A stretch of DNA of 32,000 nt from Thermoproteus tenax Kra 1 (lineage in GTDB: Archaea; Thermoproteota; Thermoprotei; Thermoproteales; Thermoproteaceae), in assembly GCF_000253055.1 (NCBI RefSeq), contig NC_016070.1, forward strand, positions 360,001 to 392,000. The letters are read 5' to 3'. Shown here piece after piece: positions 18,390 through 26,521 of the stretch. Each line of letters starts with the position of its first letter. Position 1 is the first letter of the stretch. The notes below the pieces were generated by a model. The model had not been told where the DNA came from. It made no database searches and worked only from the letters and a program-made list of their open reading frames with translations. The position numbers and the translations under genes are program-made.

Positions 18390-18725
18390 CTATACGCAAC
18401 CTGTTGGTTTCGGCGCTCCTGCCACTTTACAAGCGCCGTGGGCAGGCCCCGAGGGGAACAGCTGATATATCTTCTCCAGGCTGAAGCCTGTCTCCTTCGT
18501 GAGCATCTTTATCGGTGGACAAGAGCCGTAGGTCTCCCAGTACTCCCTAAGGTACTTAATTACTTTCCAGTGCTCCTCTGTCATCTGCTGTACGCCTTCA
18601 AGCTCTCTCGCCATCCACTCTGCTATTTTTTCATCCCAGTCCTCCGTGTTCTGCATAAAGCAGTCCTCGTCTAATATAACCTTTTTTCCGTCTACGGTGT
18701 ATTCACCCGGACATTTCACCGGCAT
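18390..18725 (-). CDS. dsrC: DsrC family sulfur-transfer protein
   Basis: 111 aa; DEDCFMQNTEDWDEKIAEWMAREL..MTEEHWKVIKYLREYWETYGSCPPIKMLTKETG; C-terminus CKVAGAPKPTGCV has both conserved Cys with C-x10-C spacing. Confidence 0.95.
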   Translation of the reverse strand: MPVKCPGEYTVDGKKVILDEDCFMQNTEDWDEKIAEWMARELEGVQQMTEEHWKVIKYLREYWETYGSCPPIKMLTKETGFSLEKIYQLFPSGPAHGACKVAGAPKPTGCV

Positions 18726-18764
18726 GGCCTTCGTGATGCTTTATTTAAAAAATATTATTAACAC

Positions 18765-19265
18765 TCATTGAGAAATTATATTGCCTTTAATATAGCGAAT
18801 AACCGAGGGAAGAAGCGGAGACAACAGCTCTTGAGGGGTACCTTTGTATAAAGCGTAGAATATCATGATGGGCAGCTCGTCTATTGGAGCTCCGCCTTTA
18901 GCGTATTCTAGATATACATCAAGAAATCTAGCTAAATGTTCTTTATCTATATTCAAATTCTTTCTCAATTTATTCAAAATTAACTCTTGACTGGCACAAT
19001 TATAATAATAACAGACTATCAAGCCCCGTACTGTTGAGGCCAAGAGGTCGCCTCTGTGGCCGTTGGATCTCTCAATGAGACCGTATTTCTCAAGCCTTCT
19101 GACCTTTCTATACACTTGGGAGAAATGATAGTTTAGGTCATTCGCTATCTTATAGGCTGTCGCAGGTCCTCGGGATACTATGTACGACATCACATCTCTC
19201 AGTATCTTATCCCTAGAAAAATCACATAATTCTAATAAATTCAACATTGATAGATAAAAATCCAA
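18765..19265 (-). CDS. Putative winged-helix DNA-binding protein
   Basis: DVMSYIVSRGPATAYKIANDLNYHFSQVYRKVRRLEKYGLIERSNGHRGDLLASTVRGL: wHTH-like helix pattern. Confidence 0.65.
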   Translation of the reverse strand: MDFYLSMLNLLELCDFSRDKILRDVMSYIVSRGPATAYKIANDLNYHFSQVYRKVRRLEKYGLIERSNGHRGDLLASTVRGLIVCYYYNCASQELILNKLRKNLNIDKEHLARFLDVYLEYAKGGAPIDELPIMIFYALYKGTPQELLSPLLPSVIRYIKGNIISQ

Positions 19266-19303
19266 ATCTATATAAGCTCTATTCCATCCGTGCGCCGGGA
19301 ATA

Positions 19304-19567
19304 TTAAGTGGCAGCTCGTTGCGCGAGCGTCGCCGGCCTAGTCGCCATTTTGACCAACGCGCGTGAGCCCACTACGAAGACGTGTGTATAACCTCCGCGT
19401 TCAGACAATATCTTAAATCCACCGATGCTGTCGAGGACTTCGTCCAGAGGCCTACCGTAGTATTTTCGTGGGAACACCACTTTTCCCTCCTTGGCCTTAA
19501 TATACTCCTTTACATCGCATAGACACAGAGTCGACACCACGGTTTCATAGTCCTCTCTGATATACAT
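19304..19567 (-). CDS. Hypothetical small protein
   Basis: 87-aa ORF (MYIREDYETVVSTLCLCDVKEYIKAKEGKVV...), AT-rich upstream region shared with divergent gene. Confidence 0.4.
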   Translation of the reverse strand: MYIREDYETVVSTLCLCDVKEYIKAKEGKVVFPRKYYGRPLDEVLDSIGGFKILSERGGYTHVFVVGSRALVKMATRPATLAQRAAT

Positions 19568-19612
19568 GGTAACAGCGACGTTATCTTTGTATTAAATTTT
19601 ATTAACAAGGCG

Positions 19613-20065
19613 GTGCTAACTTATATTTTTATTCCCATCGATATCTTCTTTGTGATCTCAATTATAGAGGAGATAAAGAGGAGAGTGCAGGCCTACGGCA
19701 TGCCGTGTGGCGCGCCGCCCAATGGGCTGAAGCTCGAGGAGAACTTATACGTCTCTGACGGCTGGGCGATCTACTCTTCACAAGATGGTACTAAATGTCT
19801 CTACATGGGCGAGGTCGCCCAAGCCGTTGCATATGTTGGCAAAGTTGACTGCGTGAAAAAGATCGAGGGGGTCAAGCTCTCTCCTCCTTTTCTAGAGCTC
19901 TATGAAGACGAGGAGTACGCGGTCATATTGGGCGTGTGCGGCACCGATGTGTGCATCCAAGAGTGGAGAGATGAGGCTCCCAATTGTACTTGTATCTCAA
20001 ATTTAAAATTAGATGAATATATTAAAATGGTAAAAATATTAGAGAATTATAATTTGATTGATTAA
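19613..20065 (+). CDS. Hypothetical Cys-rich protein
   Basis: 150-aa ORF with multiple Cys (GMPCGAPP, GTKCLYMG, GVCGTDVC, APNCTCIS); likely start internal to the ORF. Confidence 0.45.
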   Translation: MLTYIFIPIDIFFVISIIEEIKRRVQAYGMPCGAPPNGLKLEENLYVSDGWAIYSSQDGTKCLYMGEVAQAVAYVGKVDCVKKIEGVKLSPPFLELYEDEEYAVILGVCGTDVCIQEWRDEAPNCTCISNLKLDEYIKMVKILENYNLID

Positions 20066-20502
20066 GTGATATGGGGACAAGATCCTATCTTCTTCAGGAC
20101 TGACATCAGATATCCCAGCCCTCTTTGGATCTCGGGATCTCCAAGGGCGTTGAGCAGACCCCAGAGCCCGATAGGCTTGGAGCCGTCAGCTGTAGCGATC
20201 GCGTTAGTGATACAGTCCACTTTAGAGCTGTCCGCCGATAGGTTCGTGCCTGCTATAAGCGCCACCTCCTGCAGTTTTGAGATTCTCTCCATGAAGTCCT
20301 TCGTGAGCAAACCCTCTGTGATAAACCGGAGCGCCGCTACCGCCTGAAGCAGATCGTCTAGGATGCCGCTGCGTTTGAACTCGAAGAGAGCGTCCACAAG
20401 ATCCTTCACTACATCGATCTTCTCCACTATCTCGAGAAGCGCTTGTTGCGTCTTCTCCTGTTGTAGCAACTCTATCAATTTATCGAGCTTTTCGGAGCTC
20501 AT
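20062..20502 (-). CDS. DUF1641-type helical protein, SQR-associated
   Basis: MSSEKLDKLIELLQQEKTQQALLEIVEKIDVVKDLVDALFEFKRSGILDDLLQAVAALRFITEGL; 3' partner of the SQR gene with 4-bp overlap; start chosen as internal Met. Confidence 0.7.
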   Translation of the reverse strand: MSSEKLDKLIELLQQEKTQQALLEIVEKIDVVKDLVDALFEFKRSGILDDLLQAVAALRFITEGLLTKDFMERISKLQEVALIAGTNLSADSSKVDCITNAIATADGSKPIGLWGLLNALGDPEIQRGLGYLMSVLKKIGSCPHIT

Positions 20503-21641
20503 AGCCCGCACCTCATCACAGACCATATAGAGTAGTTGGTCATGTCCTTCAATCTTACAAAGAACCTACTTGGCGGCGGCGGGAACTTTGCAGGGTTCTC
20601 GTAGTTCCATGAGACCATAGTGGCCTCCTCGAAACCTGTCAGAATGAAGCAGATGACCCTTCCGTCGTATCTGGCGTCTGAATGGCCCAACTTCAGCTCG
20701 TCCGCTATTCTGTTTGATACGATCTCGCTCTGGAAGTGTGCAACCGATCCAGCCTTAGGTACAGGCAGATTAGTGGCGTCGCCGAGCGCATACTCAGCGC
20801 CTGTCGCTCCCTGTGCCTGAATCTGGAGCGTGTGTCTGTCGACAGGAACCCACCCCGCCTGATCCCCAATGCCCGATTTGATTACTACGTCGCTGCCGCC
20901 GTGGGGAGGCACTGCCATAATTAGATCGGCCTTTATCTCGCTCGACCCTACGACTTTCCCCTCCTCTATCGAGTTCACTTGGAATTTTGTGTGATATTCG
21001 AAGCCCCACATCGACAAAGTCTCCTCAAGGAATTTGTTCACCTGAGGTTGCGCGTGCAAATGGGGAGCCACTGTGGTGAATATAACCTTGGTCTTAGCTC
21101 TGAGTCCCGTGGCCATAAGGTAGTCGTTTAAAAGCCCGAGAAACTCGTAGGGAGCCACTGGACATTTATATGGTGTAGAGGTGACAGCCACCGCCACAGT
21201 TCCGCCTTTGAATTCTCTCAACATTTCCCTCACCCTCTTGGCGCCCTCGTACGTCCATACGGTCGACCACCATTTGCCGTAGCCGGAGAACGAGCCGACC
21301 TTTACTGTAGCCCCTGTAGCCACCACTAGATAATCATATTTATGTTCTTTTCCTGACTGTGTTATTATTTTCTTATTATTTAAATCTATTTTTGAGACAG
21401 TATCTTTTTCTAATTTTATCAGTGGATTTAGAAGTTTTGATACAGATCTGAACATCACGTCGGGCACCAACTCTTGAAACGGTACATACAAGAACCCGGG
21501 CTGATAGGTCTGGATCTCGTTTTGTTCAATTAATAAGATGGATACGTCGCCTCTCTTGATTTCGCCGTGTAGCTTAGCGGCGAGCTTATTGGCAGTAAAT
21601 ATTCCGCCAACACCGCCTCCAACTATTACAATGGTTTTCAT
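20499..21641 (-). CDS. sqr: Sulfide:quinone oxidoreductase-type FAD-dependent oxidoreductase
   Basis: IVIVGGGVGGIFTANKLAAKL, QPGFLYVPFQELVPDVMFRSVSKLL, YDYLVVATGA, YALGDATNLPVPKAGSVAHFQ. Confidence 0.88.
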   Translation of the reverse strand: MKTIVIVGGGVGGIFTANKLAAKLHGEIKRGDVSILLIEQNEIQTYQPGFLYVPFQELVPDVMFRSVSKLLNPLIKLEKDTVSKIDLNNKKIITQSGKEHKYDYLVVATGATVKVGSFSGYGKWWSTVWTYEGAKRVREMLREFKGGTVAVAVTSTPYKCPVAPYEFLGLLNDYLMATGLRAKTKVIFTTVAPHLHAQPQVNKFLEETLSMWGFEYHTKFQVNSIEEGKVVGSSEIKADLIMAVPPHGGSDVVIKSGIGDQAGWVPVDRHTLQIQAQGATGAEYALGDATNLPVPKAGSVAHFQSEIVSNRIADELKLGHSDARYDGRVICFILTGFEEATMVSWNYENPAKFPPPPSRFFVRLKDMTNYSIWSVMRCGL

Positions 21642-21816
21642 AGGACCTTGGCTATTAAGAATTAAAAATAAATTATTAACACTATTAATGAGAATATTAT
21701 TTTAAATTTCAGAATTATTAAATATTTTAAAAAAGACTTTAAATATATTATAAATATGATTTAACATTGATATATTGTAGTATTTATCTAGTAAATATTT
21801 ATAAAGTATAAAATAA

Positions 21817-22305
21817 CTAGGTCTTAATTGCTTGCAACTTGACGCTACCCTCTAGTCCTCCCTCGGGGAAGTACATGTCCCTAAGCACTCGGAATCCGCA
21901 CTGGGACAACAGCCGGCCCAACCTTGTCTCCTCCGGCGGTGTCCCCCTCTGTAGTTCGGCGTAGGTCTGTCTATCGTCCACATATTCAACGTAGAGGAGG
22001 TCGCCCTTCTCCATATATCTGCCGAAAAGGCAGTAGAGCTCCCTCTCCAAGTCGGTGTTCAACACCTTTATGTTGAACAACTCGGCCCAAGGGGAGTAGT
22101 ACGGCGGTCTCCCCAGAAAGAGCACGGCGTGAGCCACCAGTCGTCCGCCCCTCCATATCTCAAGATATATCTCCTCGGCGAGCCGGCCCCTTTTGCTTTT
22201 AATGACGAAGCGTCTGTCCGACAACAAGTCAGAGAGCACAGAGAGATCGATCTTTCGATAAAAAGGCTCAGTTGAGCGGAGTTGAAGATGCGCTTTCCCC
22301 CACAA
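21817..22305 (-). CDS. Conserved archaeal hypothetical protein (possibly DUF1122)
   Basis: 162 aa; LLYVEYVDDRQTYAELQRGTPPEETRLGRLLSQCGFRVLRDMYFPEGGLEGSVKLQA; family name is from memory of the motif. Confidence 0.55.
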   Translation of the reverse strand: MWGKAHLQLRSTEPFYRKIDLSVLSDLLSDRRFVIKSKRGRLAEEIYLEIWRGGRLVAHAVLFLGRPPYYSPWAELFNIKVLNTDLERELYCLFGRYMEKGDLLYVEYVDDRQTYAELQRGTPPEETRLGRLLSQCGFRVLRDMYFPEGGLEGSVKLQAIKT

Positions 22306-22753
22306 TCTTTACTGCGTCCACAGGGCCGTACCTAGACATAAGCCATTTTAGATAGCTCTCAGCCTCCTTCTCTAACAACGCTCTTGCTATCCTTGCCCAA
22401 TTGTACATAGCCCAGTGGGGCTCTATGTTCAGCTTGAGAGAGAGGGCGCCTTCAGAGCCGTTGTCAAAACACCTGAGCGGATATAATGTTATAACGATAT
22501 CCAGCTTCATTTTATCCCAAGGCACGTCTCTCAGCGTCCTCTTCGCAGATGTCTCGTCCTCAAGCCTATCGCATGGTACATTTAGGCCGAATCTAATCTT
22601 GGGATAGATGAAGCCCAACATGTACTTCTCGCCAGTGAAATAAGATATTGCAAAAATATCTAGGTCGATTACGTGGAAGGCCTCAGTAGTGCCCGCCTCT
22701 TGTTTTACCAAGGATAGATGGAACTCTTGGGAGGTTACCCTCCTAAATTCCAT
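22268..22753 (-). CDS. Hypothetical protein coupled to dsrB copy 1
   Basis: 161-aa ORF overlapping the dsrB-1 3' end by 11 bp and the next gene by 38 bp, same strand. Confidence 0.5.
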   Translation of the reverse strand: MEFRRVTSQEFHLSLVKQEAGTTEAFHVIDLDIFAISYFTGEKYMLGFIYPKIRFGLNVPCDRLEDETSAKRTLRDVPWDKMKLDIVITLYPLRCFDNGSEGALSLKLNIEPHWAMYNWARIARALLEKEAESYLKWLMSRYGPVDAVKIVGESASSTPLN

Positions 22754-23900
22754 CTCTGAACCTAGGCCATATATCGCCTCTGCTCCTGAAGTGCATATAG
22801 GTGCGCACGTGGTCGGGCACTTTCTGATAGAACGCGTGTACCTTATCCACGCCGACCAAGGATATGAACCTCTGCCACCCTATTCTGTTTATGAAATCTC
22901 CAAGCCTCTCGCCTGGTTGCGCGTGCTCCCTCCACACGTCTATCACCTTTTTGACGACCGCTACGATCTCCTCATAACGCGGCGGATTGGCGGGTAGCCA
23001 CGGTATCAATACGCGGCCCAATCTGGGGCCGCCGCCTGTGTTCGACATCTTTCCTCCCACGACGATCGAAACGCCTACGTCTTGCGGATCGTAGTCGAAG
23101 GCATCGCAGTTCTCCTTACATCTAGCGCAGTTTATGCACTTATCCCCAATAAGTACAAGCTTCACTTTGTCTCCCTCTCTCCTTAGGCTCAACGCGCCTG
23201 TCGGACACACTTGTACTATGAAGACTTGCGACTCTGGTATCTTGGCCAGAGCCTTAGGCGGCGGCAGACAATACGACAACATCTCCTCTCTGATCTTGGG
23301 CGGAGCGCCCCACTGGCCAACTATGACGATATCCATCGCTGTACCTCCCGCGCACATGGCCGGACACCCTGAGACAAACACCCTCAGCTTCGCCGGCAAC
23401 GGCACCTCGCCTGTGAAATAGGGCTTCAGGGCATCGCCAAGAGCCTTACTTATCGATGGCGAGTCCACCACTGCAGTAGTACATGTCAGATACGCCGTAC
23501 ATGAATTTATGCCCCAGAGCGACCGACCCCAGCCGCCGACGGGGAAACCCATCTTCTCGGCCTCCTCCTTGATCTTGAGCGCTTTGTCGAGGGAGTCTGT
23601 CAATATCTCCAAGTTGCCGGCCATAGTGACCCTCATGGCGCCCACTCCAAGTTTGTCCGCAATATCGGCAAACTGATCCAAAGTGTCAGCGCTAAGCCTT
23701 GCGTTGGGCGGCATCGCTATCTTGACCGTGAAGACGTGCTCGCCGGTCGCAGAGATGTGCTCAATGATGCCGTTCTCGTGGAACTTTCTATCGATCCACT
23801 TGCCGTAGTTGCGCTTGATTATATCCGGCAGATATTTATCGAGGTCTATGGGGAATACTTTCTGTAGTCTCGCTGCCCTGGGGTTAGTAGGCGACGTCAT
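22743..23900 (-). CDS. dsrB: Dissimilatory sulfite reductase beta subunit, copy 1
   Basis: CTAYLTCTTAVVDS (C-x5-C), VSGCPAMCAGG (C-x3-C), ferredoxin domain VCPTGAL...CINCARCKENCDAFDYD, partner of dsrA; 4-bp overlap with dsrA. Confidence 0.95.
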   Translation of the reverse strand: MTSPTNPRAARLQKVFPIDLDKYLPDIIKRNYGKWIDRKFHENGIIEHISATGEHVFTVKIAMPPNARLSADTLDQFADIADKLGVGAMRVTMAGNLEILTDSLDKALKIKEEAEKMGFPVGGWGRSLWGINSCTAYLTCTTAVVDSPSISKALGDALKPYFTGEVPLPAKLRVFVSGCPAMCAGGTAMDIVIVGQWGAPPKIREEMLSYCLPPPKALAKIPESQVFIVQVCPTGALSLRREGDKVKLVLIGDKCINCARCKENCDAFDYDPQDVGVSIVVGGKMSNTGGGPRLGRVLIPWLPANPPRYEEIVAVVKKVIDVWREHAQPGERLGDFINRIGWQRFISLVGVDKVHAFYQKVPDHVRTYMHFRSRGDIWPRFRDGI

Positions 23901-25114
23901 GTCTTAATAGCCTCCACTAACTTCAGGTACGACTCTCTTTCCTCCTTGCTCAACACGGCGTAAGGCACCTCGTCGCCCATCTTGGCTAGCGGCGGCATAC
24001 CCTCAAGCTCGATCCCAGCCTTCTTTACAAAGTTCTCAATGCCTACTTGCATTATATAATCGCCTAGGCGATACTTGGGTTGCGCCTCCTTGTCCCACGG
24101 CTCTATCAGTTTGAACGCCAGATCTATCGCCTTTTGGTGATCCTCAGGATCCAGATAGCCTACGAACCATCCCAACTTGGGACCAAATCTGCCCTTGACT
24201 CCGCCGCCTATGACTACTGCCACCTTTCTCTTCCTCCCCGGCTTTATCGCCGGGAACGCCCTCCTTATACACTCCATCGACTTCTTGCACTTGGCTCCGT
24301 CTATCTTCAGCTCCTTCCCGTCCCAAGTTATGGCGCCGGAGGGGCACCTCGCCGCAAGCTCCTTGGGGTCGACCTCGCCGGCCTCTATCTTCCTCCTCAG
24401 AAGCTCTTGGTCCACCTCGGGGGCGCCCTCCCATACGCCGATGAGACCTAGGTCTGCCCTATTGGCCCTAGCACAGTCCATGGGGCACCCTGAGAACTTA
24501 ATCTTGAACTTATAGGGGAAGTTCGGCGTCGCTATGGCGTCGTTGACTCTCTTGTCCTTATGAAATTCGGCGTACCACTTCAACGTGTCATACAAGGCGA
24601 ACTCGCAGAGGGCTGGGCCCACGCACGCGTTAAGGGCCCTAATGGCGTCTCCGCTACCGCCTACATCAGTGCCGATGGATCTCAACGCGTCGACCATTTC
24701 CTCTGCCTTGTCCTTTGTTAGATTCAAGACGAAGGCCCCTGTCTGGCCAACAATCTCAATGAGCCCGACGCCCAACTCCCGAGATATCTTGGTAATCTGT
24801 CTAACGAAGTCGGTCTTCCAGAACTTGCCGGGCGTGTGGAATATTCTGAAGTGCGTCTCCTCGCCTCCGTTGGGCACCCACGGCCTAGACCATCTGGATA
24901 GCACGCCGGTGTTCACAAATTCGACCTTGACGGCGCCCGGCCCCCAGGGAGTTTTCCGGGCAACGAGGCCGACGCCGTAAATATGTAGAGGATACCTAGT
25001 TTTCCTCAGCTCTCTAACGTGGCTGGGCCAAGGGCCTTTTTCTAACTCTTCCAATATCTCATTAGCCCTCTTTAACAGTTCATCGGGCGGCGGTAGATTT
25101 GGAGGAGCCGCCAT
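23897..25114 (-). CDS. dsrA: Dissimilatory sulfite reductase alpha subunit, copy 1
   Basis: Start set at MAAPPNLPPPDELLKRA; ACVGPALCEFALYDT (C-x5-C), FSGCPMDCARA (C-x3-C), ARCPSGAITWDGKELKIDGAKCKKSMECIRRAFPAIKPG. Confidence 0.95.
   Translation of the reverse strand: MAAPPNLPPPDELLKRANEILEELEKGPWPSHVRELRKTRYPLHIYGVGLVARKTPWGPGAVKVEFVNTGVLSRWSRPWVPNGGEETHFRIFHTPGKFWKTDFVRQITKISRELGVGLIEIVGQTGAFVLNLTKDKAEEMVDALRSIGTDVGGSGDAIRALNACVGPALCEFALYDTLKWYAEFHKDKRVNDAIATPNFPYKFKIKFSGCPMDCARANRADLGLIGVWEGAPEVDQELLRRKIEAGEVDPKELAARCPSGAITWDGKELKIDGAKCKKSMECIRRAFPAIKPGRKRKVAVVIGGGVKGRFGPKLGWFVGYLDPEDHQKAIDLAFKLIEPWDKEAQPKYRLGDYIMQVGIENFVKKAGIELEGMPPLAKMGDEVPYAVLSKEERESYLKLVEAIKT
24240..24441 (-). repeat. 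202-bp exact inverted copy of 25953..26154 (dsrA copy 1 tract)
   Basis: Base-by-base comparison of the reverse complement with 25953..26154 shows no mismatch; flanking bases differ. Confidence 0.95.
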
Positions 25115-25285
25115 AGGACTGCCTCTCCGAAAAATTTTAAGAGTTATTAACAAGTTAAAAGAAATATATTAAAATTGAAAAATCTATAGAATTTAATATT
25201 TTTCTATATATATACATTATTTTACATATTTTAATACACAAATAGTGGCAATAATCTATTTTTATAATCATCGGTACACTTTTTT
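25115..25285. promoter_or_regulatory. Divergent promoter region between the two dsrAB pairs
   Basis: Very AT-rich spacer (tttaatatttctatatatatacattattttacatattttaatac) between divergently oriented dsrA starts. Confidence 0.6.
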
Positions 25286-26521
25286 ATGGAGGCATCGCAA
25301 AAGAGGGCAGAAGTGGACGAGCTTGCGCGAAGCGCATCAAAGGTGTTAGAGCGTCTAGAGAACGGGCCTTGGCCGAGCCACGTCAAAGAGCTCAAGAAAT
25401 CCAAGTATCCCCTAGAGGCTTACGCCGCCGGTCTAGCTGCCCGTAAGACGCAGTGGGCGGCCGGCTCGGCGAAGATAAGATACGTCTACACTGGCTTTAT
25501 CGCCAGAAGGACGAGGGATGGAAAATATGCCGAACTGCACTTCCGCGTCTGGCAACCTTCGGGGCAAATATATACTACTGATTATCTCAGGAGACTCTTA
25601 GATTTCGCGGACACTTACGGCTTAGGTCTAATAGAGATTCTAGGCCAACAGGGTATGATGATAATATCTGTGGATCCCAGCAGAGCCGACGAGGCCATAG
25701 ACGCCCTTAGGGCCTTGGGCACAGACGTCGGAGCTACCGGCGATACCATCAGAGAGCTGGCCACATGCGTGGGCCCAGCCCTCTGCGAGTTCGCCTTGTA
25801 TGACACATTGGCTGCCAGAGACTACTTCTTGACGCACCCTAAGATCTATGAATGGATGAGCAACCAGCTGTTTCCCTTTAAGTTCAAGGCGAAGTTCTCC
25901 GGCTGTCCCATGGACTGCACAAGAGCGGTCCACAGGTCCGATTTCGGCTTCGTCGGCGTATGGGAGGGCGCCCCCGAGGTGGACCAAGAGCTTCTGAGGA
26001 GGAAGATAGAGGCCGGCGAGGTCGACCCCAAGGAGCTTGCGGCGAGGTGCCCCTCCGGCGCCATAACTTGGGACGGGAAGGAGCTGAAGATAGACGGAGC
26101 CAAGTGCAAGAAGTCGATGGAGTGTATAAGGAGGGCGTTCCCGGCGATAAAGCCTGGTAAGAACCGCAAGATAGCAGTGCTCGTGGGAGGCCACGTGAAG
26201 GGGAGATTCGGCGGCAAGATGGGGAAGCCGCTCGCCATAGTTAACAGTGTTGAGGAGGCCATGGGTTGGGTCGTGAAGACCGTCGAATCTTGGATGGATG
26301 GCCTCGAGACCGGCGTAAGCAAACACAAGGACAGAATCGGCGACTTCATTATGAAGGTGAACTTCAAGAAATACACCGAGGAGATCCTCGGAGTAAAAGT
26401 GCCCTACAAGCCCTCTCTACACGGGAGGCTGGGCGCCGGCGCTGTGTTAGACGACAACGAGAGAAAGATGTGGCTGGAGTGGGTTCAGAACATCGTGAAG
26501 GAATACGAGGAGAGGATATGA
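25286..26521 (+). CDS. dsrA: Dissimilatory sulfite reductase alpha subunit, copy 2
   Basis: TCVGPALCEFALYDTL, FSGCPMDCTRAVHRSDFG, ARCPSGAITWDGKELKIDGAKCKKSMECIRRAFPAIKPG; collinear with copy 1. Confidence 0.95.
   Translation: MEASQKRAEVDELARSASKVLERLENGPWPSHVKELKKSKYPLEAYAAGLAARKTQWAAGSAKIRYVYTGFIARRTRDGKYAELHFRVWQPSGQIYTTDYLRRLLDFADTYGLGLIEILGQQGMMIISVDPSRADEAIDALRALGTDVGATGDTIRELATCVGPALCEFALYDTLAARDYFLTHPKIYEWMSNQLFPFKFKAKFSGCPMDCTRAVHRSDFGFVGVWEGAPEVDQELLRRKIEAGEVDPKELAARCPSGAITWDGKELKIDGAKCKKSMECIRRAFPAIKPGKNRKIAVLVGGHVKGRFGGKMGKPLAIVNSVEEAMGWVVKTVESWMDGLETGVSKHKDRIGDFIMKVNFKKYTEEILGVKVPYKPSLHGRLGAGAVLDDNERKMWLEWVQNIVKEYEERI
25953..26154 (+). repeat. 202-bp exact inverted copy of 24240..24441 (dsrA copy 2 tract)
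   Basis: TCGGCGTATGGGAGGGCGCCCCCGAGG...CCGGCGATAAAGCC identical in both. Confidence 0.95.

Noticed and set aside
24080-26326. Matching out-of-frame ORFs in both dsrA copies (24080..24451 +, 24144..24434 -, 25640..26326 -, 25960..26160 +)
   Set aside because: They share peptide strings only because the underlying 202-bp DNA is identical; not coding genes, though they helped reveal the tract.
26266-26517. N-terminal extension of dsrB-2 ORF
   Set aside because: Lies wholly inside dsrA-2; the coupled ATG at 26518 gives the family-typical N-terminus.
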